From assembly GCF_032444005.1 (NCBI RefSeq), contig NC_091282.1, positions 364,126,001 to 364,190,000 of the forward strand: a stretch of 64,000 nucleotides of DNA, written 5' to 3'. The first letter of the stretch is position 1; each line of letters opens with the position of its first letter. The notes below the pieces were generated by a model. That model was given only the letters and a program-made list of their open reading frames with translations. It was not told the DNA's origin and ran no database searches. Made by a program: the position numbers and the translations under genes. Source of the DNA: Ranitomeya imitator. Taxonomy: Eukaryota. Shown piece by piece: positions 49,201 through 62,748 of the stretch.

Positions 49201-51837
49201 AATGATATGCCTGGCGCCAAATCAACACAGGTGATCATCCCAAGAACACCATCCCCACAGTGAAACATGGTGGTGGTGGCATAATACCGTGAGGATGTTT
49301 TCGGCAGCATCGACATGGAAAATGGTCGAAGTCAAGGAGAAGATGAATAGTGTGAAATACAGGGATATCCTTTAGCAAAACCTGATTGTCTATCAGTTAT
49401 TTGAGATGGGGATGAAGGTTCACCTTCCAACAAGACAATGACCAAAAGCATACTGCTAAAGCAACACTTGAGTGGTTGAAGGGGAAACTTGTAAATGTTT
49501 TGGAGTGGTCTAGTCAACATAAATACCTTAATCCTATTGAGAATCTGTGGACAGACTTGAAGATTCTTGTTCACCAGAGGAAACCATCCACTCCATGGTC
49601 AAGCCTTATCTGGAATACTGTGTCTAGTTCTGGGGACAACACTTTAAAAAAGACATTGAAAAACTGGAGCAAGATAAGAGAAGAGTTACCAATATGGTGA
49701 GCGGATTGTAAAGTATATCCTATGAGGATACAGGATTACAGGATATGGGAATGTTTAGCTTGCAAAAAAGAAGACTTAATAGATGTCTTCAAATATCTGA
49801 AGGGATATCACAGTGTAGAGGAATCATCCTTATTCTCTTTTGCCCATGAAAAACAAGAAGCAATGGAATGAAACTGAAAGTAATATACAGGGTGGTGTAC
49901 CATATTATGGGTGTCAGGTCCGAGCATTCCTACATGAACAGTTGTCTGAAAAGTGGATTGGTCTTTGTGGACCCGTTGAATGGCCATCAAGGTCTCCCGA
50001 TTTGACCCCCTTAGACTTTTATCTTTGGGGTCATCTGAAGGCAATTGTCTATACTGTGAAGATACGAGATGTGCAGCATCTGAAACAACGGATACTGGAA
50101 GCCAGTGCTATCATTTCTACTGCAGTGTTGCTATCAGTGTGTCAAGAGTGGGAGAAGCGGGTTACATTGAAAATGCAACACAATGGTCAGCACTTTGAGC
50201 ACATTGTATAAGTGGTAATAAACTTATAAATAACTCACCAAAGAATAAAGTTACATTAAAACCAAGCACACCATTGTTTTTCTTGTAAAATTCTCAATAA
50301 GTTTGATGTGTCACATGACCCTCTTCCCATTGGAAAAAATAAAGATGGATCCAAAATGGCTGACTTCAAAATGGCTGCCATGGTCAAAACCCATCTTGAA
50401 AAGCTTTCCTCCTCCCATATACTAATATACCACAAACAGGAAGTTGATATCACCAACCATTCCCATTTTATTTAGGTGTATCCATATAAATGTCCCACCC
50501 TGTGCAATGTTATCAGTAATATAATTTAAAGTAAAAACTTGTAACATAAAAAACAAAATTGTAAAATGCCCTGCCAAAATATTAATTTGTTTTTTATTAG
50601 AATATGTAAAAAAAATCACATTATGCCTACACATTTTGGAACTGTGAATTTGTGTAATTTATTTTGTCTAGTTTTTGGTGATTTTATGGTGTGTTTTTTA
50701 TTTGTACCTTTTTCTTAATTTTAAAATGTATTTTAAATGTTTTTGCCTGTTTTTCATGTTTACCATTGTGAGTGGAGTTGAGAGTTTCCAAATGTTTTAG
50801 ATTGATTTATCATTTGCAACCTGAAAAAAAGCTGCAAAGTTTGTTGCAAATGTACATTTTCCCACATAGTGATTTTATGTACATCAGAAACATTTTGCAA
50901 AAATGTGTAACTTTTTGCACTAAAAATAATAAAAATGATTCTTGACTTTGCCCATGATTCATTAATGTACATCATTATGAGGAACTTGGTGCAAAAAAAG
51001 TATACCACAAGGCAAAAAAAGAAAAGTGAGGAAGAAGAAGAAGCCAGTGGCAAAACGTGCGTTGGGATGAGAGGACGTTACTCCAGGATCCTGACTACAA
51101 GGTGAATCGGTCTCCTATTATTGCGGACACGATCCTTACTACTTACGGGCACTTTCTTTGATTCTATCTAAAGTTATTTGGTGGGTTACTTCTCACTAGT
51201 AGATATTACTATACAAACTGTTGGGCCAAGCATTGTATACATGTTGCCATTTTTACGTGTGGTATGCATAATACGTTTCAGTATTCTCCTTGCACTCCCG
51301 CGTTATCTGATCGATATTATACCTTTATTCGCTATGGCTGTGATCTAATCATTTAATTCATTACTCATATTGAGGTAGTTACTAAGCAAATGACCGAAAC
51401 GTTTTGATATTGTGATATGTGAAGCACTAGTCACTTTATAGGGGCTACCAGTTTTGCAAGTTTGTGATTCAGTCCTACTTAAGCATTCAAATATTGTACC
51501 TCTACGGAGTGTTAGTTTCGGGTAGCCTGGACCGTCCTCTATGTGAAGCACACTGCTATGTTATTTTTTATTCTTGCATTTTAAATCTTTATGAATAAAA
51601 GTTAATTTTTAACCTTCCTTTTGTACCTTAAATGGGATGCGTTTATAACATCTTTTAATATATTGTATGTGATTTTTCCAAAAATGTTAACTTTTTACTT
51701 TTGCATCCCATATAGCTTAAATAAGTTTTTTATCTTCAATTAGTTCATCTGTAACTGTTTTCATTATTTTTACTTAAGGAAAGTACGGTAAATGGGGTGA
51801 GAGAATTTGAAGATGGGGACAAGCGTTTATCACTTAA

Positions 51838-52548
51838 GGTACCTTCACACATAACGATATCGTTAACGATATCGTTGCTTTTTGTGACGTAGCAACGATA
51901 TCATTAAGGAAATCGCTATGTGTGACAGCGACCAACGATCAGGCCCCTGCTGTGATGTCGTTGGTCGCTGAACAAAGTCCAGAACTTTATTTCGTTGCTG
52001 GATCTCCCGTGGACCGATCCAGCGATGTCTTCACTGGTAACCAGGGTAAACATCGGGTTACTAAGCGCAGGGCCGCGCTTAGTAACCCGATGTTTACCCT
52101 GGTTACCAGCGTAAAAGTAAAAAAAAAAAAACACTACATACTTACCTACCGCTGTCTGTCCCCGGCGCTGTGCTCTGCACTCCGCCTGCACTGGCTGTGA
52201 GCGTCGGTCAGCCGGAAAGCAGAGCGGTGACGTCACCGCTCTGCTTTCCGGCCGCTGTGCTCACAGCCAATACAGGAGGAGTGCAGAGAAGCAGAGCGCC
52301 GGGGACAGACAGCGGTAGGTAAGTATGTAGTGTTTGTTTTTTTTTTACTTTTATGCTGGTAACCAGGGTAAACATCGGGTTACTAAGTGCGGCCCTGGGC
52401 TTAGTAACCCGATGTTTACCCTGGTTACCGGCATCGTTGGTCGCTGTAGAGCTGTCTGTGTGACAGCTCTGCAGCGACCAAACAGCGACGCTGCAGCGAT
52501 CCGGATCGTTGTCGGTATCGCTGCAGCGTCGCTTAATGTGAAGGGGCC
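51838..52548. mobile_element. Kolobok/T2-type MITE, copy 3
   Basis: Same termini and TSD as copy 2. Confidence 0.85.
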
Positions 52549-52822
52549 TTTACTATACTGTATATTCAGGTTCTGAAATTATCCCAATAAGGCCACATAG
52601 TCATAAATGTTTCATTTTGTATCTCAAAATACGTTCCATGTCAGTAATTAGTAATTCAGTCTCCATTTTTTATTAGACATATATGGTTATATGGTATATG
52701 GTTACACAATTGTTAAGAAATTATATAGTATGTTTACTTCTATATAGCATGTTTACTTTACTTTGGAATGTGCTTATATGCTTAAAGAAATTTGTTAAGA
52801 GGTCATATCTGCCACAAATAAA

Positions 52823-53866
52823 TTATTTGGTTCTTCTACCCCAAAGTTTTTTTATAGCTGTCTTCATCTCTTTATTTCGCAAGGTATAAATGATTGGGTT
52901 CAGCATTGGTGATATGACTGTGTAGAACACCATAACCACCTCATCAGCCTGAAAAGTTTTGGAGGGTCTCATATAAATAAAAACACAAGGTCCAAAGAAA
53001 AAAGTTACCACTGTAAGATGAGAAGCACAGGTTGAAAAGGCTTTGCGTCGTCCTTCCACTGTTCGTATTTTAAAGATAGCCTTAGCAATGCCAATATAGG
53101 AAATTAAGACAGTCAGAAAGCAGCCTAGTGATACGATACCACTATTGGCCACTATCATAGCATCAATCATGGCTGTATCAGTGCATGCAAGCCTGATTAA
53201 TGGTGGGACATCGCAAAAAAAACTGTTAATTTCATTTGGGCCACAGAATGGCAAACCCATTGTTAGTGTTGTCTGGATATTAGAATGAACAAAACCAATA
53301 GCCCAAGTTGCTGCCACCATCCATAGACAAAGCTGTTTACTCATTATGGTGGAATATTGCAAGGGTTTGCATATAGCTACATAGCGATCATATGCCATAG
53401 CTGTGAAAAGAAAACATTCTGCACAGGCGAAGAAGTGGAAGAAGTATAGTTGAGTGATGCAGCCATTGAATGTAATAGTTTTTCTTTTAAAAAAAAAATC
53501 AATCAACATCTTGGGTACAGTTACACTCGAGTAACAGAGATCAATGAAAGAGAGCTTACCAAGGAAGAAATACATTGGATTATGAAGACGATAATCTGCT
53601 CTGATGGTCAACATGATTAAAATGTTCCCGCTGAGAAGTAATATATAGGCCAACAGAAAGATGGAAAAGACAAAGTACTGAAGTCTTGGATTAAAAGCAA
53701 AAATCACAAAAACAAATTCTGTTACTTCTGTTATGTTACATGTCTCCACAGTAGACTTTAAAGAACTGGATTTCGTAGCATCTACATGATGATCCGATAC
53801 GTTATAAAATGAGTCCAGTCCCCCAAAGTTTATCGACAAAGGTTCTACTGTACAGTTGTGCCACAT
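52823..53866 (-). CDS. Olfactory receptor, class II (family 4-like), copy 3, 347 aa
   Basis: Identical protein to copy 2. Confidence 0.95.
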   Translation of the reverse strand: MWHNCTVEPLSINFGGLDSFYNVSDHHVDATKSSSLKSTVETCNITEVTEFVFVIFAFNPRLQYFVFSIFLLAYILLLSGNILIMLTIRADYRLHNPMYFFLGKLSFIDLCYSSVTVPKMLIDFFFKRKTITFNGCITQLYFFHFFACAECFLFTAMAYDRYVAICKPLQYSTIMSKQLCLWMVAATWAIGFVHSNIQTTLTMGLPFCGPNEINSFFCDVPPLIRLACTDTAMIDAMIVANSGIVSLGCFLTVLISYIGIAKAIFKIRTVEGRRKAFSTCASHLTVVTFFFGPCVFIYMRPSKTFQADEVVMVFYTVISPMLNPIIYTLRNKEMKTAIKKLWGRRTK

Positions 53867-56800
53867 AGTTGAAAAGAAAAAATGTGTAAATCTAATGGAT
53901 TAAAATGTAAAACTCCTTTTTTATTTTGTGCTTGTCCATCAAAAAGAACCATGTAGACAGCCTAACATCTTTAGAAAAAGTAAGATAAACATTGATAAAT
54001 CAGTTATTTAGCTAAAAGAATTAACTAGATAATAGATACAAAATCAACAAATGTTAAAACTAGTAAAGAACCTACAATTTACCATGTATATAGGAAGAAT
54101 TTATTATTTTGACCTCACAATCTTATACTTTAGTATTGTCACTCGATGTATATTTTCAGTGATCCCACCACGGATATTTCTTAGTTTTTTTACTTATAAA
54201 TGTTTAAAAAAAAGCTGGAAAAATTGTAAAAATATTAAGTGGTAGTGGCACAAAAATTTACATATAAAATATAAAAATGGAAATTCAGCAGTATAAACAT
54301 AGAGACAAGCGAAACACAACAAAATTATGATGTTTCAAAATTGTACCTTTGGAGACAAATACATGAACAGATCCAGCAAGAGTCCCCTTTCACACTTACA
54401 ATGTTCTCATACATGTTCTATCCGTGTTTGTCTATTGGGCTGTTTAGTGAAAAGCAAACTGGTGACATTCTAATTGCAGTCTGACTTTCATAGGGGAATT
54501 TCATAGGATTTTTTTCATATGTGAATACTAATGAAAGATTTAACACACGCATGCACGCACACACACGCACACACACGTAGTTTGTACCCACCACGAGTAC
54601 AGTTTTTTGGGGGGAGCCTGAACCAAAACTCAGGCCCAGTGTATAAAACAACACAATGTAAGTGGCTGGAAGATATTTGAAAAAATACAAGGACTGTAGT
54701 ACAATTTCAATCTCCCTACAATGATCTCAGCAAAAGTATGGCAGCAATAAAAAGGACTGCTGCACACAAAAGTGTGGACAAATAAACAAGATAACTGTGC
54801 AGAAAGGAGCAACAGGATTTTTGCTTTTAAAAAAGCAGTTGGCTTGCACAGCAGTGTGCAAACAGCAATGCAGCTATCAGGGAGCCTTATAAGGCAGTCT
54901 AATAAGCTACAGAGATGTTGCACAACAATATAGCCTCCACTGTCCCTGCAAAAAAATGGTGGTGTTGGACAGTGGAAATCGCTACAGCAGAAGTAGTTTG
55001 GGGGTTAGTTTTCCCCCCCTAACTATATCCCTTCTTCTGATGAAGCTGCAGCAACCTCTCCCTATGCTAAGATTGGCAGAAGTAAGATGGCGGCCGGCAT
55101 GCACGCCCCTTTATAGCCCCTTTGACGACGCAGAAAGCAAGCCAATCACTGTCATGCCCTTCTGTAAGATGGTGGGGACCGAGACCTATGTCATCACGCT
55201 ACCCACACTCTGCGTCCTCCTTCATTGGCTGAAAAATGGTGCTAAAAGCGTCATATGAAATGCGACTTTTGCGCGCAGATCGCCGACCTCATGGCCGATC
55301 CCACACTACTAGAATCGGGTCGGGTTTCATGAAACCCGACTTTGCCGAAAGTCGGCGATTTTTGAATTTGTCCAATCCTTTCCACTCAACCCCAGTCCCG
55401 ACTCCTCCCGATGCCCTTGCTTGTGTGCATCACATGCACATTGCTGTGTGTGTGCACTGCTGATAGGCTGAGATACTGCACCGCCCCACTGTAAATGCGG
55501 GAAAGAAAAAAAAATGGAGATCGGCGTTATTTCAGCACAGATCTATCTCCCGCTCCCCTCCCCTGTCCACTATAGACTGAAACAGTCTATTAACAATGAT
55601 AAACAGTTTTAATGTGCAAATCAAGTTAGGCTATTGGTGAACGAACAGTTATCGAACAGAAACTCGAACAGTCGAATTTTAAGCAAATTGTTCGAGTTCG
55701 TGGAACGACTCGAACACCGCCCAAAATAGCTCGAATTTGAAATTGGCGAACAGTTCGATTCGAACAACGCTCATCTCTAGTCCCAAGCAGAGACTGGGGT
55801 ATTTGTCCATATTATTGCAATAAGCCAAACATCTCATAGGGTGGGCAGATAAAAGCCTTTACTTGCTTAAAAAATTGTAAGACTCATTTTAAGTCTGCCC
55901 AAAGACATGTAGGACACTCCACAAATGTATGGAAGAAGGTAACATAGTAACATAGAAAAATAGTTAGCAAGGCCGAAAAAAGACATTTGTTCATCCAGTT
56001 CAGCCTATATTCTGTCAGAATAAATCCCCTGATCTACATCTTTCTAAAGAACCTAATAACTGTAAGATACAATATTGTTACGCTCCAGGAAGACATCCAG
56101 GCCTCTCTTGAACCCCTCAACTGAGTTCGCCATCACCACCTAATCAGGCACGGAATTCCAGATTCTGACTGCCCTAACAGTAAACAATACTCCAGATGCA
56201 GAGAATGCCCCCTTGTGATCATCACCTTCCTTGGTATAAACAGATCCTCGGAGAGATATTTGTATTGTCCTCTTATATACTTACATATGGTTATTAGATC
56301 GCTTCTCAGTCATCTTTTTTCTAGACTGAATAATTCTAATTTTGCCAATCTCTCTGGGTATTGTAGTTTCCTCATCCCCTTTATGAATTTTGGTGCCCTC
56401 CTTTGTATTGCTCTAGTTCCGTTATAACCTTCCTGAGCACCGGTGCCCAAAACTGTACACAGTACTCCATGTGTGGTCTAACTAGGGATTTGTACAGAGG
56501 CAGTATAATGCTCTCATCATGTGTATTTAGACCTCTTGTAATGCACTCCCTGATCCTGTTTGCCTTGGCAGCTGCTGCCTGGCACTGGCTGCTCCAGGTA
56601 AGTTTATCATTAACTAGGAACCCCATGTCCTTCTCATTGTCAGATTCACCCAGTGGTTTCCCATTCAGTATGTAATGGTGACATTGATTCCTTCTACCCA
56701 TGTGTATAACCTTACATTGACTGCATTACATTGCTTAGTATCATGTGCAAAAGTAGATATTTTACTGTGCACACCTTCTACCCGATCGTTAATAAGTATG

Positions 56801-59483
56801 TTGAAGATGCTGTGGTCAGACGTGACAAAAGTTAAATTGTTAGGTTAATGATATGCCTGGCGCCAAATCAACACAGGTGATCATCCCAAGAACACCATCC
56901 CCACAGTGAAACATGGTGGTGGTGGCATAATACCGTGAGGATGTTTTCGGCAGCATCGACATGGAAAATGGTCGAAGTCAAGGAGAAGATGAATAGTGTG
57001 AAATACAGGGATATCCTTTAGCAAAACCTGATTGTCTATCAGTTATTTGAGATGGGGATGAAGGTTCACCTTCCAACAAGACAATGACCAAAAGCATACT
57101 GCTAAAGCAACACTTGAGTGGTTGAAGGGGAAACTTGTAAATGTTTTGGAGTGGTCTAGTCAACATAAATACCTTAATCCTATTGAGAATCTGTGGACAG
57201 ACTTGAAGATTCTTGTTCACCAGAGGAAACCATCCACTCCATGGTCAAGCCTTATCTGGAATACTGTGTCTAGTTCTGGGGACAACACTTTAAAAAAGAC
57301 ATTGAAAAACTGGAGCAAGATAAGAGAAGAGTTACCAATATGGTGAGCGGATTGTAAAGTATATCCTATGAGGATACAGGATTACAGGATATGGGAATGT
57401 TTAGCTTGCAAAAAAGAAGACTTAATAGATGTCTTCAAATATCTGAAGGGATATCACAGTGTAGAGGAATCATCCTTATTCTCTTTTGCCCATGAAAAAC
57501 AAGAAGCAATGGAATGAAACTGAAAGTAATATACAGGGTGGTGTACCATATTATGGGTGTCAGGTCCGAGCATTCCTACATGAACAGTTGTCTGAAAAGT
57601 GGATTGGTCTTTGTGGACCCGTTGAATGGCCATCAAGGTCTCCCGATTTGACCCCCTTAGACTTTTATCTTTGGGGTCATCTGAAGGCAATTGTCTATAC
57701 TGTGAAGATACGAGATGTGCAGCATCTGAAACAACGGATACTGGAAGCCAGTGCTATCATTTCTACTGCAGTGTTGCTATCAGTGTGTCAAGAGTGGGAG
57801 AAGCGGGTTACATTGAAAATGCAACACAATGGTCAGCACTTTGAGCACATTGTATAAGTGGTAATAAACTTATAAATAACTCACCAAAGAATAAAGTTAC
57901 ATTAAAACCAAGCACACCATTGTTTTTCTTGTAAAATTCTCAATAAGTTTGATGTGTCACATGACCCTCTTCCCATTGGAAAAAATAAAGATGGATCCAA
58001 AATGGCTGACTTCAAAATGGCTGCCATGGTCAAAACCCATCTTGAAAAGCTTTCCTCCTCCCATATACTAATATACCACAAACAGGAAGTTGATATCACC
58101 AACCATTCCCATTTTATTTAGGTGTATCCATATAAATGTCCCACCCTGTGCAATGTTATCAGTAATATAATTTAAAGTAAAAACTTGTAACATAAAAAAC
58201 AAAATTGTAAAATGCCCTGCCAAAATATTAATTTGTTTTTTATTAGAATATGTAAAAAAAATCACATTATGCCTACACATTTTGGAACTGTGAATTTGTG
58301 TAATTTATTTTGTCTAGTTTTTGGTGATTTTATGGTGTGTTTTTTATTTGTACCTTTTTCTTAATTTTAAAATGTATTTTAAATGTTTTTGCCTGTTTTT
58401 CATGTTTACCATTGTGAGTGGAGTTGAGAGTTTCCAAATGTTTTAGATTGATTTATCATTTGCAACCTGAAAAAAAGCTGCAAAGTTTGTTGCAAATGTA
58501 CATTTTCCCACATAGTGATTTTATGTACATCAGAAACATTTTGCAAAAATGTGTAACTTTTTGCACTAAAAATAATAAAAATGATTCTTGACTTTGCCCA
58601 TGATTCATTAATGTACATCATTATGAGGAACTTGGTGCAAAAAAAGTATACCACAAGGCAAAAAAAGAAAAGTGAGGAAGAAGAAGAAGCCAGTGGCAAA
58701 ACGTGCGTTGGGATGAGAGGACGTTACTCCAGGATCCTGACTACAAGGTGAATCGGTCTCCTATTATTGCGGACACGATCCTTACTACTTACGGGCACTT
58801 TCTTTGATTCTATCTAAAGTTATTTGGTGGGTTACTTCTCACTAGTAGATATTACTATACAAACTGTTGGGCCAAGCATTGTATACATGTTGCCATTTTT
58901 ACGTGTGGTATGCATAATACGTTTCAGTATTCTCCTTGCACTCCCGCGTTATCTGATCGATATTATACCTTTATTCGCTATGGCTGTGATCTAATCATTT
59001 AATTCATTACTCATATTGAGGTAGTTACTAAGCAAATGACCGAAATGTTTTGATATTGTGATATGTGAAGCACTAGTCACTTTATAGGGGCTACCAGTTT
59101 TGCAAGTTTGTGATTCAGTCCTACTTAAGCATTCAAATATTGTACCTCTACGGAGTGTTAGTTTCGGGTAGCCTGGACCGTCCTCTATGTGAAGCACACT
59201 GCTATGTTATTTTTTATTCTTGCATTTTAAATCTTTATGAATAAAAGTTAATTTTTAACCTTCCTTTTGTACCTTAAATGGGATGCGTTTATAACATCTT
59301 TTAATATATTGTATGTGATTTTTCCAAAAATGTTAACTTTTTACTTTTGCATCCCATATAGCTTAAATAAGTTTTTTATCTTCAATTAGTTCATCTGTAA
59401 CTGTTTTCATTATTTTTACTTAAGGAAAGTACGGTAAATGGGGTGAGAGAATTTGAAGATGGGGACAAGCGTTTATCACTTAA

Positions 59484-60194
59484 GGTACCTTCACACATAA
59501 CGATATCGTTAACGATATCGTTGCTTTTTGTGACGTAGCAACGATATCATTAAGGAAATCGCTATGTGTGACAGCGACCAACGATCAGGCCCCTGCTGTG
59601 ATGTCGTTGGTCGCTGAACAAAGTCCAGAACTTTATTTCGTTGCTGGATCTCCCGTGGACCGATCCAGCGATGTCTTCACTGGTAACCAGGGTAAACATC
59701 GGGTTACTAAGCGCAGGGCCGCGCTTAGTAACCCGATGTTTACCCTGGTTACCAGCGTAAAAGTAAAAAAAAAAAAACACTACATACTTACCTACCGCTG
59801 TCTGTCCCCGGCGCTGTGCTCTGCACTCCGCCTGCACTGGCTGTGAGCGTCGGTCAGCCGGAAAGCAGAGCGGTGACGTCACCGCTCTGCTTTCCGGCCG
59901 CTGTGCTCACAGCCAATACAGGAGGAGTGCAGAGAAGCAGAGCGCCGGGGACAGACAGCGGTAGGTAAGTATGTAGTGTTTGTTTTTTTTTTACTTTTAT
60001 GCTGGTAACCAGGGTAAACATCGGGTTACTAAGTGCGGCCCTGGGCTTAGTAACCCGATGTTTACCCTGGTTACCGGCATCGTTGGTCGCTGTAGAGCTG
60101 TCTGTGTGACAGCTCTGCAGCGACCAAACAGCGACGCTGCAGCGATCCGGATCGTTGTCGGTATCGCTGCAGCGTCGCTTAATGTGAAGGGGCC
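59484..60194. mobile_element. Kolobok/T2-type MITE, copy 4
   Basis: Same termini and TSD as copy 2. Confidence 0.85.
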
Positions 60195-60468
60195 TTTACT
60201 ATACTGTATATTCAGGTTCTGAAATTATCCCAATAAGGCCACATAGTCATAAATGTTTCATTTTGTATCTCAAAATACGTTCCATGTCAGTAATTAGTAA
60301 TTCAGTCTCCATTTTTTATTAGACATATATGGTTATATGGTATATGGTTACACAATTGTTAAGAAATTATATAGTATGTTTACTTCTATATAGCATGTTT
60401 ACTTTACTTTGGAATGTGCTTATATGCTTAAAGAAATTTGTTAAGAGGTCATATCTGCCACAAATAAA

Positions 60469-61512
60469 TTATTTGGTTCTTCTACCCCAAAGTTTTTTTA
60501 TAGCTGTCTTCATCTCTTTATTTCGCAAGGTATAAATGATTGGGTTCAGCATTGGTGATATGACTGTGTAGAACACCATAACCACCTCATCAGCCTGAAA
60601 AGTTTTGGAGGGTCTCATATAAATAAAAACACAAGGTCCAAAGAAAAAAGTTACCACTGTAAGATGAGAAGCACAGGTTGAAAAGGCTTTGCGTCGTCCT
60701 TCCACTGTTCGTATTTTAAAGATAGCCTTAGCAATGCCAATATAGGAAATTAAGACAGTCAGAAAGCAGCCTAGTGATACGATACCACTATTGGCCACTA
60801 TCATAGCATCAATCATGGCTGTATCAGTGCATGCAAGCCTGATTAATGGTGGGACATCGCAAAAAAAACTGTTAATTTCATTTGGGCCACAGAATGGCAA
60901 ACCCATTGTTAGTGTTGTCTGGATATTAGAATGAACAAAACCAATAGCCCAAGTTGCTGCCACCATCCATAGACAAAGCTGTTTACTCATTATGGTGGAA
61001 TATTGCAAGGGTTTGCATATAGCTACATAGCGATCATATGCCATAGCTGTGAAAAGAAAACATTCTGCACAGGCGAAGAAGTGGAAGAAGTATAGTTGAG
61101 TGATGCAGCCATTGAATGTAATAGTTTTTCTTTTAAAAAAAAAATCAATCAACATCTTGGGTACAGTTACACTCGAGTAACAGAGATCAATGAAAGAGAG
61201 CTTACCAAGGAAGAAATACATTGGATTATGAAGACGATAATCTGCTCTGATGGTCAACATGATTAAAATGTTCCCGCTGAGAAGTAATATATAGGCCAAC
61301 AGAAAGATGGAAAAGACAAAGTACTGAAGTCTTGGATTAAAAGCAAAAATCACAAAAACAAATTCTGTTACTTCTGTTATGTTACATGTCTCCACAGTAG
61401 ACTTTAAAGAACTGGATTTCGTAGCATCTACATGATGATCCGATACGTTATAAAATGAGTCCAGTCCCCCAAAGTTTATCGACAAAGGTTCTACTGTACA
61501 GTTGTGCCACAT
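60469..61512 (-). CDS. Olfactory receptor, class II (family 4-like), copy 4, 347 aa (retains native upstream region)
   Basis: Identical protein to copies 2 and 3. Confidence 0.95.
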   Translation of the reverse strand: MWHNCTVEPLSINFGGLDSFYNVSDHHVDATKSSSLKSTVETCNITEVTEFVFVIFAFNPRLQYFVFSIFLLAYILLLSGNILIMLTIRADYRLHNPMYFFLGKLSFIDLCYSSVTVPKMLIDFFFKRKTITFNGCITQLYFFHFFACAECFLFTAMAYDRYVAICKPLQYSTIMSKQLCLWMVAATWAIGFVHSNIQTTLTMGLPFCGPNEINSFFCDVPPLIRLACTDTAMIDAMIVANSGIVSLGCFLTVLISYIGIAKAIFKIRTVEGRRKAFSTCASHLTVVTFFFGPCVFIYMRPSKTFQADEVVMVFYTVISPMLNPIIYTLRNKEMKTAIKKLWGRRTK

Positions 61513-62748
61513 AGTTGAAAAGAAAAAATGTGTAAATCTAATGGATTAAAATGTAAAACTCCTTTTTTATTTTGTGCTTGTCCATCAAAAAGAACCATGT
61601 AGACAGCCTAACATCTTTAGAAAAAGTAAGATAAACATTGATAAATCAGTTATTTAGCTAAAAGAATTAACTAGATAATAGATACAAAATCAACAAATGT
61701 TAAAACTAGTAAAGAACCTACAATTTACCATGTATATAGGAAGAATTTATTATTTTGACCTCACAATCTTATACTTTAGTATTGTCACTCGATGTATATT
61801 TTCAGTGATCCCACCACGGATATTTCTTAGTTTTTTTACTTATAAATGTTTAAAAAAAAGCTGGAAAAATTGTAAAAATATTAAGTGGTAGTGGCACAAA
61901 AATTTACATATAAAATATAAAAATGGAAATTCAGCAGTATAAACATAGAGACAAGCGAAACACAACAAAATTATGATGTTTCAAAATTGTACCTTTGGAG
62001 ACAAATACATGAACAGATCCAGCAAGAGTCCCCTTTCACACTTACAATGTTCTCATACATGTTCTATCCGTGTTTGTCTATTGGGCTGTTTAGTGAAAAG
62101 CAAACTGGTGACATTCTAATTGCAGTCTGACTTTCATAGGGGAATTTCATAGGATTTTTTTCATATGTGAATACTAATGAAAGAGTTAACACACGCATGC
62201 ACGCACACACACGCACGCACACGTAGTTTGTACCCACCACGAGTACAGTTATACAATAAAATTAAGTGCTTGTTTTCACCCTTATCTTTGCTCATATTTC
62301 ATTAAGAGAGGCTATCTACATTTTCTATATTCATGGATGCTTACAAAATAATCATCTTCCATAACCCACGGGATCCATGAGAGTGACAAAAGGTAAGTAT
62401 ACAGTACCTTCAGTGGCTTAGCTGCTTTTGACACCATCCATGGCTACAAAAAAATATTTACATCACTAGACAAATCTTTCAAGGACTCTAATTTCTATCA
62501 AAAGAAATTCAATACAATATCATGTCTTGACAGTCTACAATTTATTCAACCACACGAACACATATAGCATTAACATGTCATGAGTCATGACAGAGTATTG
62601 TGAAATAATTTGTTTCCCGAAGCTGGTCATCACATACTATACAAATTGAACAAAGAGTAAAAGCATGGAAGACAATAATGTACTACTACTTTATTGTTGT
62701 AACTGGTGTTAATATAATCTTTTTCATAGATTTACATATCAGTTCTAA

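Larger units (their letters stand above)
46957..54602. repeat. OR cassette tandem unit 3 (7646 bp)
   Basis: Same junction at 46956/46957; all ORFs offset by exactly 7646. Confidence 0.95.
54603..62250. repeat. OR cassette tandem unit 4 (7646 bp plus 2 bp junction homology)
   Basis: Ends GAGTACAGTT (62250) and runs into unique flank ATACAATAAA. Confidence 0.95.

Noticed and set aside
46957-62250. Units 3 and 4 as a pure assembly duplication
   Set aside because: Not fully excluded, but unit 4 has private substitutions (55474, 59046, 62185, 62217) and units 3 and 4 share states that differ from unit 2, which favours real copies.
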